From the NCBI GenBank assembly GCA_963817525.1, contig CAWFOU010000007.1, forward strand, positions 864,001 through 928,000: a stretch of 64,000 nt of DNA, given 5' to 3'. A model generated the notes under the pieces. The model ran no database searches, was not told the origin of the DNA, and saw only the letters and a list, made by a program, of their open reading frames with translations. This DNA is from an uncultured archaeon. GTDB lineage: Archaea > Thermoproteota > Nitrososphaeria > Nitrososphaerales > Gagatemarchaeaceae. Shown piece after piece: positions 29,345-40,029 of this stretch (positions within the stretch are counted from its first letter, which is position 1; each line of letters begins with the position of its first letter). A program made the position numbers and the translations under genes.

Positions 29345-31069
29345 ATGACAGAAAAGATGTCGGGCGCACGTGCCACAGTGGAGGCTCTCGAGCGGGAGAA
29401 GGTAGAGTACATCTTCGGGATGCCGGGCGGCGCGAACCTCCCGCTCTACGACGCCCTATGGGATTCCAAGATCAAGCACGTCCTCGTCCGGCACGAGCAG
29501 CTGGCGGCCCACATGGCGGACGCCTATGGCAGGGTCTCGAGAAAGGCGGGGGTGTGCTCCGCCACTTCCGGGCCTGGCGCGACCAACCTGATAACGGGGA
29601 TAGCCACCGCCTACGCCGATTCCTCCCCGGTGGTGGCGATTACGGGCCAGGTACCGAAGGCGATGACGGGCAGGAACGCCTTCCAGGAGACCGACATCAT
29701 CGGCATCGCCACGCCCGTGACAAAGTACACGCTGCAGCCGCTCTCTGCGCAGGAGGTCCCGTTCGCGGTCAAGGAGGCGTTCTACCTCGCGACCACGGGC
29801 AGGCCTGGCCCCGTGCTCCTGGACCTCCCCAAGGACGTGCAGCAGGAGGAGGCGGAGATGACCTTCCCGGACAGCGTCACCGTGAGGGCTTACAGGCCGA
29901 GTGCGCCCGTCGACGCCCAGGACGTCGAGCGCGCGGCCGCCATGATACTAAAGGCCGAGAGGCCGATATTCTGGGGAGGCGGAGGGGTGAGGATCGCAGA
30001 CGCCGCGCAGCCGTTCGCGGCCCTCGCGGAGCTGCTGATGGCGCCGGTCATCACGACGCTCCAGGGGAAGGGAGACTTCCCGGAGGACCATCCTCTCTCG
30101 CTCGGCCCCATCGGGATGCACGGCCGAGCCGAGGCCAACAAGCTGGTCTCCGAGTGCGACCTGCTCGTCGCGGTCGGCGTCAGGTTCTCGGACAGGTCCA
30201 CGGGGAACTTCGGGGAGTTCGCCCCGGGCGCGAAGATAATCCACATCGACGCGGACCCCACCGAGTTCAACAAGAACAGGGCCGTCGACCTCTCGATACT
30301 GGGAGACGCCAACGTGGTCCTCGGGATGCTCTTCGACGCGGTCGCGAAGAAGATAGCAAAGAGCAAGGACCCGACCAACAACCCGTGGCTCAAGCGGGTC
30401 AACGCGGTCCGAGAGGAGATGAAGGGCATCCCCGCCTACAAGGACTCGTACGCGGACCTTTCGGGCCCGAAGATCGTCAAGAGGCTCCGCGACATCCTCC
30501 CGCCGGAGGCGATACTCACCACGGGGGTCGGAAGGCACCAGATGTGGTGCGAGATCCACTACAAGGTCCTCAGGCCGAGGACTTGGATAACCTCGACCGG
30601 GCTGGGGACGATGGGCTTCGGCCTTCCCGCGGCCGTGGGGGCCAGGTTCGCCAACCCGAACGTGCCGGTGGTGGACTTCGACGGCGACGGCAGCTTCGTC
30701 ATGACCGAGCAGGCCCTGGCGACAGCGGTCGAGGAGAGGCTCCCGATAATCTCGGTGATCCTCAACGACAGGAGCCTCGGGATGGTCGAGCAGTGGCAGA
30801 GGCTCATGTACAACAGGCGCTACATCGGCATCAAGTTCCCCAACACGCCCGACTTTGTGAAGCTCGCGGAGGCATACGGCGCACACGGAAAGACCGTGGG
30901 CTCGCTCGACGAGTTCGCAAAGGCGATGCGCGAGGGGCTGACAATCGAAGGGCCGACGGTCATCGAGGTGCCCGTCTCGCCTGAGGAGGACGTCTTCCCG
31001 TTCCTGCCCCCGGGCAAGGGGATCAAGGACACGGTCTACGGCTCCTCGAAGGAGATGGCCGTCTTTTGA
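29345..31069 (+). CDS. ilvB: Acetolactate synthase large subunit
   Basis: FGMPGGA, RHEQ, TSGPGATN, FQETD, GLGTMGFGLPAA, GDGSF; SD GGTGA at 29331. Confidence 0.97.
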   Translation: MTEKMSGARATVEALEREKVEYIFGMPGGANLPLYDALWDSKIKHVLVRHEQLAAHMADAYGRVSRKAGVCSATSGPGATNLITGIATAYADSSPVVAITGQVPKAMTGRNAFQETDIIGIATPVTKYTLQPLSAQEVPFAVKEAFYLATTGRPGPVLLDLPKDVQQEEAEMTFPDSVTVRAYRPSAPVDAQDVERAAAMILKAERPIFWGGGGVRIADAAQPFAALAELLMAPVITTLQGKGDFPEDHPLSLGPIGMHGRAEANKLVSECDLLVAVGVRFSDRSTGNFGEFAPGAKIIHIDADPTEFNKNRAVDLSILGDANVVLGMLFDAVAKKIAKSKDPTNNPWLKRVNAVREEMKGIPAYKDSYADLSGPKIVKRLRDILPPEAILTTGVGRHQMWCEIHYKVLRPRTWITSTGLGTMGFGLPAAVGARFANPNVPVVDFDGDGSFVMTEQALATAVEERLPIISVILNDRSLGMVEQWQRLMYNRRYIGIKFPNTPDFVKLAEAYGAHGKTVGSLDEFAKAMREGLTIEGPTVIEVPVSPEEDVFPFLPPGKGIKDTVYGSSKEMAVF

Positions 31070-31551
31070 CCAGGACGTCGAAGGTCCTCTCGACCCTCGT
31101 GGAGAACAAGCCCGGGACGCTCTTCAGGGTCATCCACCTGGTGAGGCTCATGCGCCTCAACATCGAGGGGCTCACCCTCGGAGTGACCAACGGCGGCGCA
31201 GACTGCAGGATGACGATGACGCTGAGCGGGGACGACGCCGCCGTGGAGCACGTGGCGAAGCAGCTCATGAAGGTCATAGACATCCTCGAGGCTCACACCT
31301 ACGGGCCGGAGGAGGTCACTGCGAGGGAGCTGGCCCTGGTGAAGATCAACACGGACAAGATCTCCGTGGCCGAGATACAGAGGAACACGGCCTGCCGGAT
31401 AGTCGACTCCTCCAAGCACTCCGTCGTGGCCGAGATAGTCGGCTCGGCGAAGCAGATCGACGAGTTCGTGGAGAGGCTCGGAGAGTCCAACGTCCTCGAC
31501 ATCGCCAGGACCGGTGTCGCGGCGCTCCCGAAGGAGACGACGTCGCGATGA
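31066..31551 (+). CDS. ilvN: Acetolactate synthase regulatory subunit
   Basis: ACT domain VENKPGTL...NIE; RELALVK; ARTG. Confidence 0.9.
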   Translation: MTRTSKVLSTLVENKPGTLFRVIHLVRLMRLNIEGLTLGVTNGGADCRMTMTLSGDDAAVEHVAKQLMKVIDILEAHTYGPEEVTARELALVKINTDKISVAEIQRNTACRIVDSSKHSVVAEIVGSAKQIDEFVERLGESNVLDIARTGVAALPKETTSR

Positions 31552-33107
31552 CCGAGAGGATAATCCGCGTCCTCGACACCACGCTCCGGGACGGGGAGCA
31601 GACGCCCGGGGTATCGCTCACTCCTGACGAGAAGCTGGAGATAGCGGTGGCGCTGGACAGGCTAGGGGTCGATGTCATCGAGGCGGGCTTCCCGATCACC
31701 TCCAAGGGCGAGCAGGAAGGGGTCAGAAGGATCGCGAGGGCGGGCCTCAAAGCCGAGATATCGGGGCTCGCGAGGGCGGACAAGGTCGACATCGACACGG
31801 CGGTCAACTGCGGCGTGAAGGGAGTCCACGTCTTCCTAGGCTCGTCGGACATCCACCTCCAGCACAAGCTCCACATGACGAGGGAGCAGATGGTGAAGCA
31901 GTCGGCCGACATGGTGAGGTACGCGAAGAGCTTCGGGGTCAAAGTCGAGTTCTCGGCCGAGGACGCGACGCGGACCGAGATCCCGTTCTTCAAGGAGGTC
32001 GTCAAGGCCGTCACCGAAGCTGGGATAGACCGCTTCGACATCCCGGACACCGTGGGGATCGCGACGCCCCAGAAGATGGCGGAGTACGTGCAGGCGGCGC
32101 GCTCGGTCTCCGACGTGATGATCAGCGTCCACTGCCACAACGACTATGGGCTGGCGGTGGCGAACAGCCTGGCAGGCGTGGTCGCGGGAGCCGACCAGGC
32201 CCACCTCACCATCAACGGCATCGGCGAGAGGTCGGGGAACACCTCGCTCGAGGAGTTCGTGATGGGGTGCTTCAACCTCTACGCGCTGAGGACGAACGTC
32301 AACTACTCGCTGCTCTACGAGACCTCACGCCTCGTCTCGAGGCTGACGGGCGTCATCATACAGCCCAACAAGGCGATAATCGGGGACAACGCCTTCGGGC
32401 ACGAGTCGGGGATCCACACCGCCGGGATCCTCAGCAACCCCTCGACCTACGAGCCGTTCGACCCCTCGATGGTGGGGAGGACGAGGTGGCTCCAGGCGGG
32501 CAAGCACGCGGGTAGGCACGGCATCTCCTACCAGCTCCGCGGGATGGGGCTGAAGCCGAAGGAGGACAGCCTCAGGCTGATAGTCGAGAGGGTCAAGGAG
32601 ATGGGCGACGAGGGCCGCACGATAACCGACAGCGACCTCTACCAGCTCGCCATCCAGATCATGGGCGGAGGCAAGGCGGAGTCCGCCGACATCGTCGAGC
32701 TTGAGGGGCTTGAGGTGGTCACAGGGATAAAGCGCCTCCCGAGCGCGACGGTCAAGCTCCTGGTCAGGGGGCAGCTCCACGAGGCGACGGACGTCGGCTC
32801 GGGGCCTGTGGACGCTGCGGTCAACGCCATCCAGAAGATCTTCAGCACCATCGACGTCATCAAGCTCAAGGAGTACAGGCTAGAGGCGCTCACGGGCGAC
32901 TCCCAGGCCGTGGCCGACGTCTCGGTAAAGGTGGAGGACAGCGCGGGCCTCGCGGCCTCCGGAAGGGGGATGAAGAGGGACATCGTCGTCGCGAGCGTGG
33001 AGGCCATAGTGAGCGGGATCAACGCGCTCATGGCGAAGAAGCTCCAGTCCCAACCCTCGACCACCCTGGCTCCCCACGGAGAGCCTTCGGCGATGGAAGG
33101 GGTCTAG
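31548..33107 (+). CDS. leuA: 2-isopropylmalate synthase (citramalate synthase not excluded)
   Basis: [30 protein letters not shown], regulatory GPVDA. Confidence 0.9.
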   Translation: MTERIIRVLDTTLRDGEQTPGVSLTPDEKLEIAVALDRLGVDVIEAGFPITSKGEQEGVRRIARAGLKAEISGLARADKVDIDTAVNCGVKGVHVFLGSSDIHLQHKLHMTREQMVKQSADMVRYAKSFGVKVEFSAEDATRTEIPFFKEVVKAVTEAGIDRFDIPDTVGIATPQKMAEYVQAARSVSDVMISVHCHNDYGLAVANSLAGVVAGADQAHLTINGIGERSGNTSLEEFVMGCFNLYALRTNVNYSLLYETSRLVSRLTGVIIQPNKAIIGDNAFGHESGIHTAGILSNPSTYEPFDPSMVGRTRWLQAGKHAGRHGISYQLRGMGLKPKEDSLRLIVERVKEMGDEGRTITDSDLYQLAIQIMGGGKAESADIVELEGLEVVTGIKRLPSATVKLLVRGQLHEATDVGSGPVDAAVNAIQKIFSTIDVIKLKEYRLEALTGDSQAVADVSVKVEDSAGLAASGRGMKRDIVVASVEAIVSGINALMAKKLQSQPSTTLAPHGEPSAMEGV

Positions 33108-33109
33108 GC

Positions 33110-34438
33110 ATGACCGGCGCGACGATAACGGAGAAGATAGTCTCCCGTGCGATGGGGAGGAAGGCGAAGGCGGGCGACGTGATAGAGGCCCTCCCGATAG
33201 ACAAGCTCTACTTCAACGAGGTCATCGGGCCCCCGGCCATCCTCAACTTCGAGAAGGACTTCGAGGACGTCTATACAGAGTCTGGGAAGAAGATGCAGGT
33301 CTTCAACCCCTCGCGCATAGCGTTCATGCCGGACCACACGGTCCCCTCGTGCTCCATCAAGGTCAGCCAGGGCATACGCCTGATGGCGGACTTTGCAAAG
33401 GACCAGGGAATCGCCATGTACAAGGAGGGGGACGGCATCGAACACACCATCGCCTCCGAGGAGGCCTTCGTCCTCCCGGGGGAGATAGCGGTGGCCACGG
33501 ACTCGCACACGTGCACCCAGGGGGCGCTCGGCGCGCTCGCGTTCGGCATAGGGACGACCGAGGGCGAGAACCTCCTCGCGACCGGCGAGCTCTACTCCTT
33601 CACGGTCCCGGAGACCATCAAGTTCAAGGTGAGCGGCAAGTTCCAGAGGGGGGTCTACGCCAAGGACCTCGTCCTCCACGTACTAGGGATGATGGGGGAG
33701 GGCGGGGCCTCCAAGCGGGTCGCGGAGTACACCGGCCCGACCATCGATTCCCTCGACATGGAGGGAAGGTTCACCATCTGCAACCTCTCGGTCGAGATGA
33801 GCTCGCGGACCGCGATAATCAACCCGGACGCCAAGACGCTCGCCTACGTCAACGAGGCGCTCTCCCGGAGGAAGATGACGATGACCGACGAGATGCAAGG
33901 GATGATAGCGAGGAGCGACCCCGACGCCACCTACTCGAGGACGGTCGAGGTCGACGCCTCCGTCATCGAGCCCACCGTCTCGCTCCCCCACTCTCCGGCG
34001 AACGCAAAGCCCGTGAGCCAGGTGAGCGACCCCATCAGCTCGGTCTTCCTCGGCTCGTGCGCCAACGCCCGCGAGGCCGACCTGATAATCGCGGCCAAGA
34101 TACTGAAGGGAAGGAAGGTTAGCCCGGACACCAACCTCCTGGTCATCCCGGCAAGCAGGCGGGTCTACAACTGGGCGATGGACAACGGCCTCCTCAAGAT
34201 ATTCGCCGACGCCGGCGCCAACATCGAGTCCTCCAACTGCGGCCCCTGCTTCGGGAAGCACATGGGGATACTCGGACCCGGCGACAGGTGCCTGAGCACG
34301 AGCAACCGCAACTACAAGGGCAGGATGGGCTCCCCGGAGGCGTTCATCTACCTCGGCTCCCCCGCCTTGGCCGCCGCCACGGCGATCGAGGGGAGGATAG
34401 CCGACCCCAGGAAGTACCTCCCCGCCGGAGAGAACTAG
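33110..34438 (+). CDS. leuC: 3-isopropylmalate dehydratase large subunit
   Basis: DSHT, GSCAN, CGPCFG, STSNRNYKGRMG. Confidence 0.93.
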   Translation: MTGATITEKIVSRAMGRKAKAGDVIEALPIDKLYFNEVIGPPAILNFEKDFEDVYTESGKKMQVFNPSRIAFMPDHTVPSCSIKVSQGIRLMADFAKDQGIAMYKEGDGIEHTIASEEAFVLPGEIAVATDSHTCTQGALGALAFGIGTTEGENLLATGELYSFTVPETIKFKVSGKFQRGVYAKDLVLHVLGMMGEGGASKRVAEYTGPTIDSLDMEGRFTICNLSVEMSSRTAIINPDAKTLAYVNEALSRRKMTMTDEMQGMIARSDPDATYSRTVEVDASVIEPTVSLPHSPANAKPVSQVSDPISSVFLGSCANAREADLIIAAKILKGRKVSPDTNLLVIPASRRVYNWAMDNGLLKIFADAGANIESSNCGPCFGKHMGILGPGDRCLSTSNRNYKGRMGSPEAFIYLGSPALAAATAIEGRIADPRKYLPAGEN

Positions 34439-34439
34439 C

Positions 34440-34976
34440 ATGCAGATCCGGGGAAAAGTCGCAAAGAAGTTCGGGGAAGACATCAACACCGACTACATCA
34501 TCCCCGCCTACCTCCTGCAGGAGAGCTGGGACAAGCAGTTCTTCGCTGACCACGCCTTCGAGGGCTACGACCCCACGTTCGGCCCGGCGTGCAGGGCGAA
34601 CAAGCACAGCATCGTGGTCGCCGCCAACAACTTCGGCTGCGGCAGCTCGAGGGAGCAGGCGGTCTACTCGATAAAGTACAACAACGTGGTCGCGGTGGTC
34701 GCCCAGAGCTTCCCCGACATATTCTTCCGCAACTGCCTGAACAACGGGCTGCTCCCCATCCAGGTGAGCGACACGAGCAAGATCTTCCTCGGGGACGAGC
34801 TCGAGGTGGACCTCCAGTCACGCAGGCTTACGGACATCACTACCGCGCTCCACTACCCGATACTAGCCACCGACGAGGCGATAGAGGCCATGAAGAGGGG
34901 CGGGTCACTCGGCTTCGTCAGGGATAGGCTCCGGCAGAAGCTAAAAGCACAGCCGATGAAGGCCTCGTCCCAGTAG
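34440..34976 (+). CDS. leuD: 3-isopropylmalate dehydratase small subunit
   Basis: INTDYIIP, NFGCGSSRE, IFFRN. Confidence 0.93.
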   Translation: MQIRGKVAKKFGEDINTDYIIPAYLLQESWDKQFFADHAFEGYDPTFGPACRANKHSIVVAANNFGCGSSREQAVYSIKYNNVVAVVAQSFPDIFFRNCLNNGLLPIQVSDTSKIFLGDELEVDLQSRRLTDITTALHYPILATDEAIEAMKRGGSLGFVRDRLRQKLKAQPMKASSQ

Positions 34977-34980
34977 ACGC

Positions 34981-36016
<1,036 letters not shown>

Positions 36017-36100
36017 CGTCTCAAAAGGCGTAATACTCTCATGGCGATCATTGGGCTGTCAGAGGTATTTAGGGTTCTGTTCCGTTGATTAGGTGGCCGC

Positions 36101-37284
36101 TCATGCTGTTCCACTCTGGGTGGTGAGCGCCTTGGTGAGCAGGGCGAGCCACTTCTGCTCTCCCTGAACCCCGATTCCCGCCGCGTCTGCGGGGGTCTGG
36201 CCTTCTAAGGCCTCATGGGGCTTTACGAAGTTGTAGTGAATCCTTTGGCCTTCCGCGAGGGTTGTCTTCATGGACTTCCATCCCCTCTGAACCTTGATTG
36301 CTCCCGAAGTGTGCCGTTCATCCTCTCCACTCGGTTGTTGTTGGCGTGAGGCTTGCCGACTCCCATCCTCGCCACTAACTCAGGCTTCGCGGTCTCCCCT
36401 TCCCAATAGCTCAAGGCCTGTGGGTAGGCGCTCAGGCCGTCTGCGAATATCTTCTCAGGCTCGCTCCCGTTGGCGTTCCTTCGGGCCTCGTTGAAGACGG
36501 CGACCGCGCCGTTCACGTTCCTGTGCTGGGAGAGGCGAGACGCGAGCAGGAACCGCGTCTTCCTGTCCATCACGTTCCAGAGGTAGGCCATGCCCTTCAT
36601 CGTCTTCCGCTCCATCCCGCCCTTGGCTGTCTCTCCGCCCCTCATCTTCACGAAGACCTCATCCGCCTGCCATGTCTCGGAAAGCTGTGGAGTGAGGCTG
36701 TTCACATACTCGGAAATCTTCGGCACGAAGGTTTCAATCCACCGATAGATTGAGGTCGCGCCCATCTCCGTCCCGAATTGGCTGTTCACCGTGCGGGCAA
36801 TCTTGCGAAGGCTCATGCCTGAAAAGTAGAGGTCGAGGGTGAGGCTCACCACTTCGGGTGTGTATCTCGACCCCCTGATTAGGGCCTGCTCTCTGAACCT
36901 GTGGCCGCAATCGTTGCACTTGAAGGCCTGCTTGCCGTGCGAGCTACCGAACCTTATCACTCGGATTGAGCCGCACTTGCCGCATTGGATTGCGTCGTCA
37001 GAGAAGACCTTCGGCTTTGGAGCCTGCTTGATTTCGACCCTCGCGGCAATCCAGAGTTTGACCGCGAGCGCATGCTTGCAGGCCTCTATCTGGTCTGCTC
37101 GGTTCTCAAAGTCTGGGCATGAGCAGACCCACGATGTTCCGAGTAGTCTGACTTCGTAGGTTCGCCCTTCATTGCTTTGGGATGGGACGCTGAAAGACCC
37201 GTCTGCGTTCTCCGCTATTCTGTTCTCCTCACAGATTGCGAGCGCCTTCATCTTCCGAGATTCCACCGCGTTTGTTGGGGACAT
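36101..37284 (-). CDS. DDE transposase (IS6-like) with N-terminal SWIM and zinc-ribbon domains (indel near 36300)
   Basis: CSCPDF...CKH, CGKC...CNDC, WQADE, FADG, NNRVERMN; second frame YNFVKPH...GQTPA to TGA 36101. Confidence 0.88.
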
Positions 37285-37286
37285 GT

Positions 37287-37354
37287 TAGGCGCCTACCTA
37301 TTAGGCGCCTACTATTATAAACCTTTAGGCGCCTAATGCTTATATGGGCGCCTA
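37287..37354. promoter_or_regulatory. Four palindromic operators around the divergent transposase/AbrB promoters
   Basis: TAGGCGCCTA at 37287, 37302 and 37326; TGGGCGCCTA at 37345; TTATAAA at 37315 and TTATAT at 37340. Confidence 0.8.
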
Positions 37355-37368
37355 ACGAACCTGAGCGC

Positions 37369-37551
37369 ATGCGGTTGCAGAAGCACGGCTCAAGGACGGT
37401 GAAGGGGAAAGAATATTTCAAGTGGACTGTCGTCATTCCACCCGAAGAAGTCGAGGGATTGGGCTGGAAGGAAGGCGAGGAATTGGAACCGAAACGGGAA
37501 GGCAAGAGCCTCGTCATCCGAGAGAAGAGCGGCAAGTCAGTCAAGCCTTAG
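37369..37551 (+). CDS. AbrB/MazE/SpoVT-fold DNA-binding protein
   Basis: KWTVVIPPEEVEGLGWKEGEELE...LVIR swapped-hairpin pattern; likely ATG at 37369. Confidence 0.8.
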   Translation: MRLQKHGSRTVKGKEYFKWTVVIPPEEVEGLGWKEGEELEPKREGKSLVIREKSGKSVKP

Positions 37552-38328
37552 ACTCTTCACAATGTCGAGAAGGTCGAACTGGTCCAACATGTATTTGGCC
37601 ATCGGAGAGGACATCTCGTTGATTGCATTCTGAACGAACTCGCTCAGATGGGAATGGTCGGGTGATTGAAAGACGGGATTCTGCGCCCAGATTCCCTCGA
37701 CGTTCTTAGCGGTGATTACTTGGATGTCTCTGCCGCGAGTCCAAGGGTCGATGACAGAGGCTTCATCGAGCAACAGCCAGATTAGTTGTCTAATCGTATG
37801 GCTGGAAAACCGAGCCCAGCTTTGGTCTATCCCTGCTCTGAACATGAACTTCTCTAATGCTTTGAGATAGACAGTCGCGACATCGCCGCCACTCCCTATG
37901 GCCGCCCTCATTGGCGCAAGTTCCATCTCGATGAGGTGGTCGGGCGGCTGGAATTGAAAGAGTTGGTGATGGGACATTCCTGCCACTTCGGCTCCGGTCG
38001 CGAGGATTCCCTGTGGTAGCATGTCCCCAGAAAGGTTCAGGCATTGGCTCTTGAGTTTCTTCTTTAGATAATCATTGTAGGAATCCAGAGCGTCGGATAG
38101 GTTCTCCTCGTAACCCTTTGTGGGATTGTCAAGTAATGCGCGTTTGATTCGCCGATACAGAGAGGCCTCGTAGAACGGCACGCCAGCGAACCCAAACATC
38201 TCAATCCGCCCCGTTGCTGAACTGAATAGCTTGAGCTTAGGGACGAACTCTCTTGCCGTGCCCGTCCTTTGCAAATCGGAACCGATAACCAGACCGTCGC
38301 TCGCCTGCATCGCGATGACTGTCGTCAT
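37537..38328 (-). CDS. Proteasome-beta/HslV-like Ntn hydrolase (element passenger)
   Basis: M-TTVIAMQASDGLVIGSD: Thr1, Asp17, Lys in FVPKL, AAIGSGG. Frame is open 37 codons further upstream, to 38439. Confidence 0.72.
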   Translation of the reverse strand: MTTVIAMQASDGLVIGSDLQRTGTAREFVPKLKLFSSATGRIEMFGFAGVPFYEASLYRRIKRALLDNPTKGYEENLSDALDSYNDYLKKKLKSQCLNLSGDMLPQGILATGAEVAGMSHHQLFQFQPPDHLIEMELAPMRAAIGSGGDVATVYLKALEKFMFRAGIDQSWARFSSHTIRQLIWLLLDEASVIDPWTRGRDIQVITAKNVEGIWAQNPVFQSPDHSHLSEFVQNAINEMSSPMAKYMLDQFDLLDIVKSLRLD

Positions 38329-38563
38329 CGCCCTTTCCGCCTCTCTTAGGCTCCTAAAAGGATTGGGATTGGGAAATGGGTTCGCGAGTCTCCATTCAGG
38401 GCCGAAGATTTCGGGCTTAACAAAGCCCCAGCCCGCCACCCCCCTTTGAACGGGGCTTTCCCTACGGAATCAACGGTAACAGAACGTATTTAGGCGCCGA
38501 TAAGTAAATAGCCAAGTAAAGGTAATACATTATTCTTCGGAGCGAGCGGGAGAGACAATAGCG

Positions 38564-39511
38564 TTGCAGCCCACCAAGAAGATCTGGTTCGACGGGGCAT
38601 TCGTCCCCTGGGAGGACGCCAAGGTGCACGTCCTCACTCACGCGTTACACTACGGCTACGCCATATTCGAAGGGATCAGGGCGAACTCGACCCCCAAGGG
38701 CCCGGCGATATTCCGCCTCCGGGAGCACATCAAGCGCCTGATGAACGGCACGAAGGTGTACAGGATGATGCTCCCGTTCACCGAGGAACAGCTCGTCCAG
38801 GGCTGCCTCGACCTCGTCAAAGTAAACGGCCTCAACGATTGCTACATCCGCCCGATCGTATACAGCTCCTACGGGGAGATGGGCGTCAACCCGATGAAGA
38901 ACAAGATCTCGGGCGCCATCGCCGCGTGGGAGTGGGGCTCATACCTCGGCGACGAGGGGATGGAGAAGGGCATCCGCGCCACCATCTCGAGCTGGTCGAG
39001 GATAGACCCTAGGACGCTCCCGCCGCACGCAAAGTGCTCCGCGAACTATGCGAACTCGATACTCGCCAAGATGGACGCGCTCTCCGCCGGCTTCGACGAG
39101 GCGATATTGCTGACCACCGGCGGGCTGGTGGGTGAGGGCACTGGGGAGAACATCTTCCGAATCAGGGACGGAGTCCTGACCACGCCCACAAAGTCCGCCG
39201 GCGTCCTAGAAGGCATCACGAGGGACTCGGTCATCCAGATAGCCAAGGACAACGGCATCCCGTTCAAGGAGGAGGACTTCCTCCGCGAGGACATATTCGC
39301 CGCTGACGAGCTATTCCTGTGCGGGACGGCCGCGAACGTCACCCCGATCAGGGAGGTGGATAACAGGGTGATAGGCAACGGCAAGTACCCTGTGACGAAG
39401 AAGATCCAGCAGACATACCTCGACGCGATACACGGGAAGATATCCAAGTACGAGCCCTGGCTCTCATACGCGAGCACCCCCACGATCTACAACACCGCCG
39501 AAAAGACCTAG
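38564..39511 (+). CDS. ilvE: Branched-chain amino acid aminotransferase
   Basis: HALHYG..IFEG, YIRP, AKCSANY, EGTGEN, LEGITR, GTAA. Confidence 0.96.
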   Translation: MQPTKKIWFDGAFVPWEDAKVHVLTHALHYGYAIFEGIRANSTPKGPAIFRLREHIKRLMNGTKVYRMMLPFTEEQLVQGCLDLVKVNGLNDCYIRPIVYSSYGEMGVNPMKNKISGAIAAWEWGSYLGDEGMEKGIRATISSWSRIDPRTLPPHAKCSANYANSILAKMDALSAGFDEAILLTTGGLVGEGTGENIFRIRDGVLTTPTKSAGVLEGITRDSVIQIAKDNGIPFKEEDFLREDIFAADELFLCGTAANVTPIREVDNRVIGNGKYPVTKKIQQTYLDAIHGKISKYEPWLSYASTPTIYNTAEKT

Positions 39512-39576
39512 AAGCCGCGCCTATGGGCGGTCAAATAGGCCAACATAGTTTATAGCCGAGAGCTGATGGAAGGATC

Positions 39577-39888
39577 GTGGTAGGCGTGGTGAAGGACTTG
39601 GCATCCGAGCCCATCTCCAAGGGCGTCGAGAAAATTGCCTCAAGAAAGAACCTGACCTCCCAGGGCCTGACCGTACTTCTCTTCCACGAGCAGAGCAAGA
39701 GCATGTCGAAGATGGAAAAGGGAATAGAGAGATTGGAGAAGGGAATAGAGAAATTGGAGAAGGGCGTGGACGGAATAGTCGGCGAGCTGGGGGAGTTGAG
39801 GCGTGAAGTCGTTCCACTCTTGAGTCAGGCAAGAGACATCGCAGACATCCGGGCAAGAGTGGAACGGATAGAGGCCAAGGTTAGCTAG
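39577..39888 (+). CDS. Small coiled-coil protein with 21-bp heptad repeats
   Basis: MEKGIER-LEKGIEK-LEKGVDG; TTTATAG upstream at about 39550. Confidence 0.65.
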   Translation: MVGVVKDLASEPISKGVEKIASRKNLTSQGLTVLLFHEQSKSMSKMEKGIERLEKGIEKLEKGVDGIVGELGELRREVVPLLSQARDIADIRARVERIEAKVS

Positions 39889-40029
39889 AACCTAGCTTCC
39901 CCGTTCGTCGTCCCCTCCCGTCCTTCCTCCGTTACCTGTTATGATGCCAGATGAACGGGTCGGAAACGGTTGGCCTGATGTTCTCAGGCAAGGTTTAAGC
40001 GATTCAATTTCTGCGCCGCAAACGGTAAC

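Larger units (their letters stand above)
36074..38485 (-). mobile_element. IS6-like transposon with passenger genes (about 2.4 kb)
   Basis: TIRs GTTCTGTT-CCGTTGATT (36074-36090) and AATCAACGGTAACAGAAC (38468-38485); direct repeat GTATTTAGG at 36065-36073 and 38486-38494. GGTTCTGTT end resembles IS257/IS431. Confidence 0.88.

Noticed and set aside
39941-39979. Possible C/D box sRNA (ATGATG...CTGA)
   Set aside because: The C box is imperfect and there are no properly spaced D'/C' boxes or guides.
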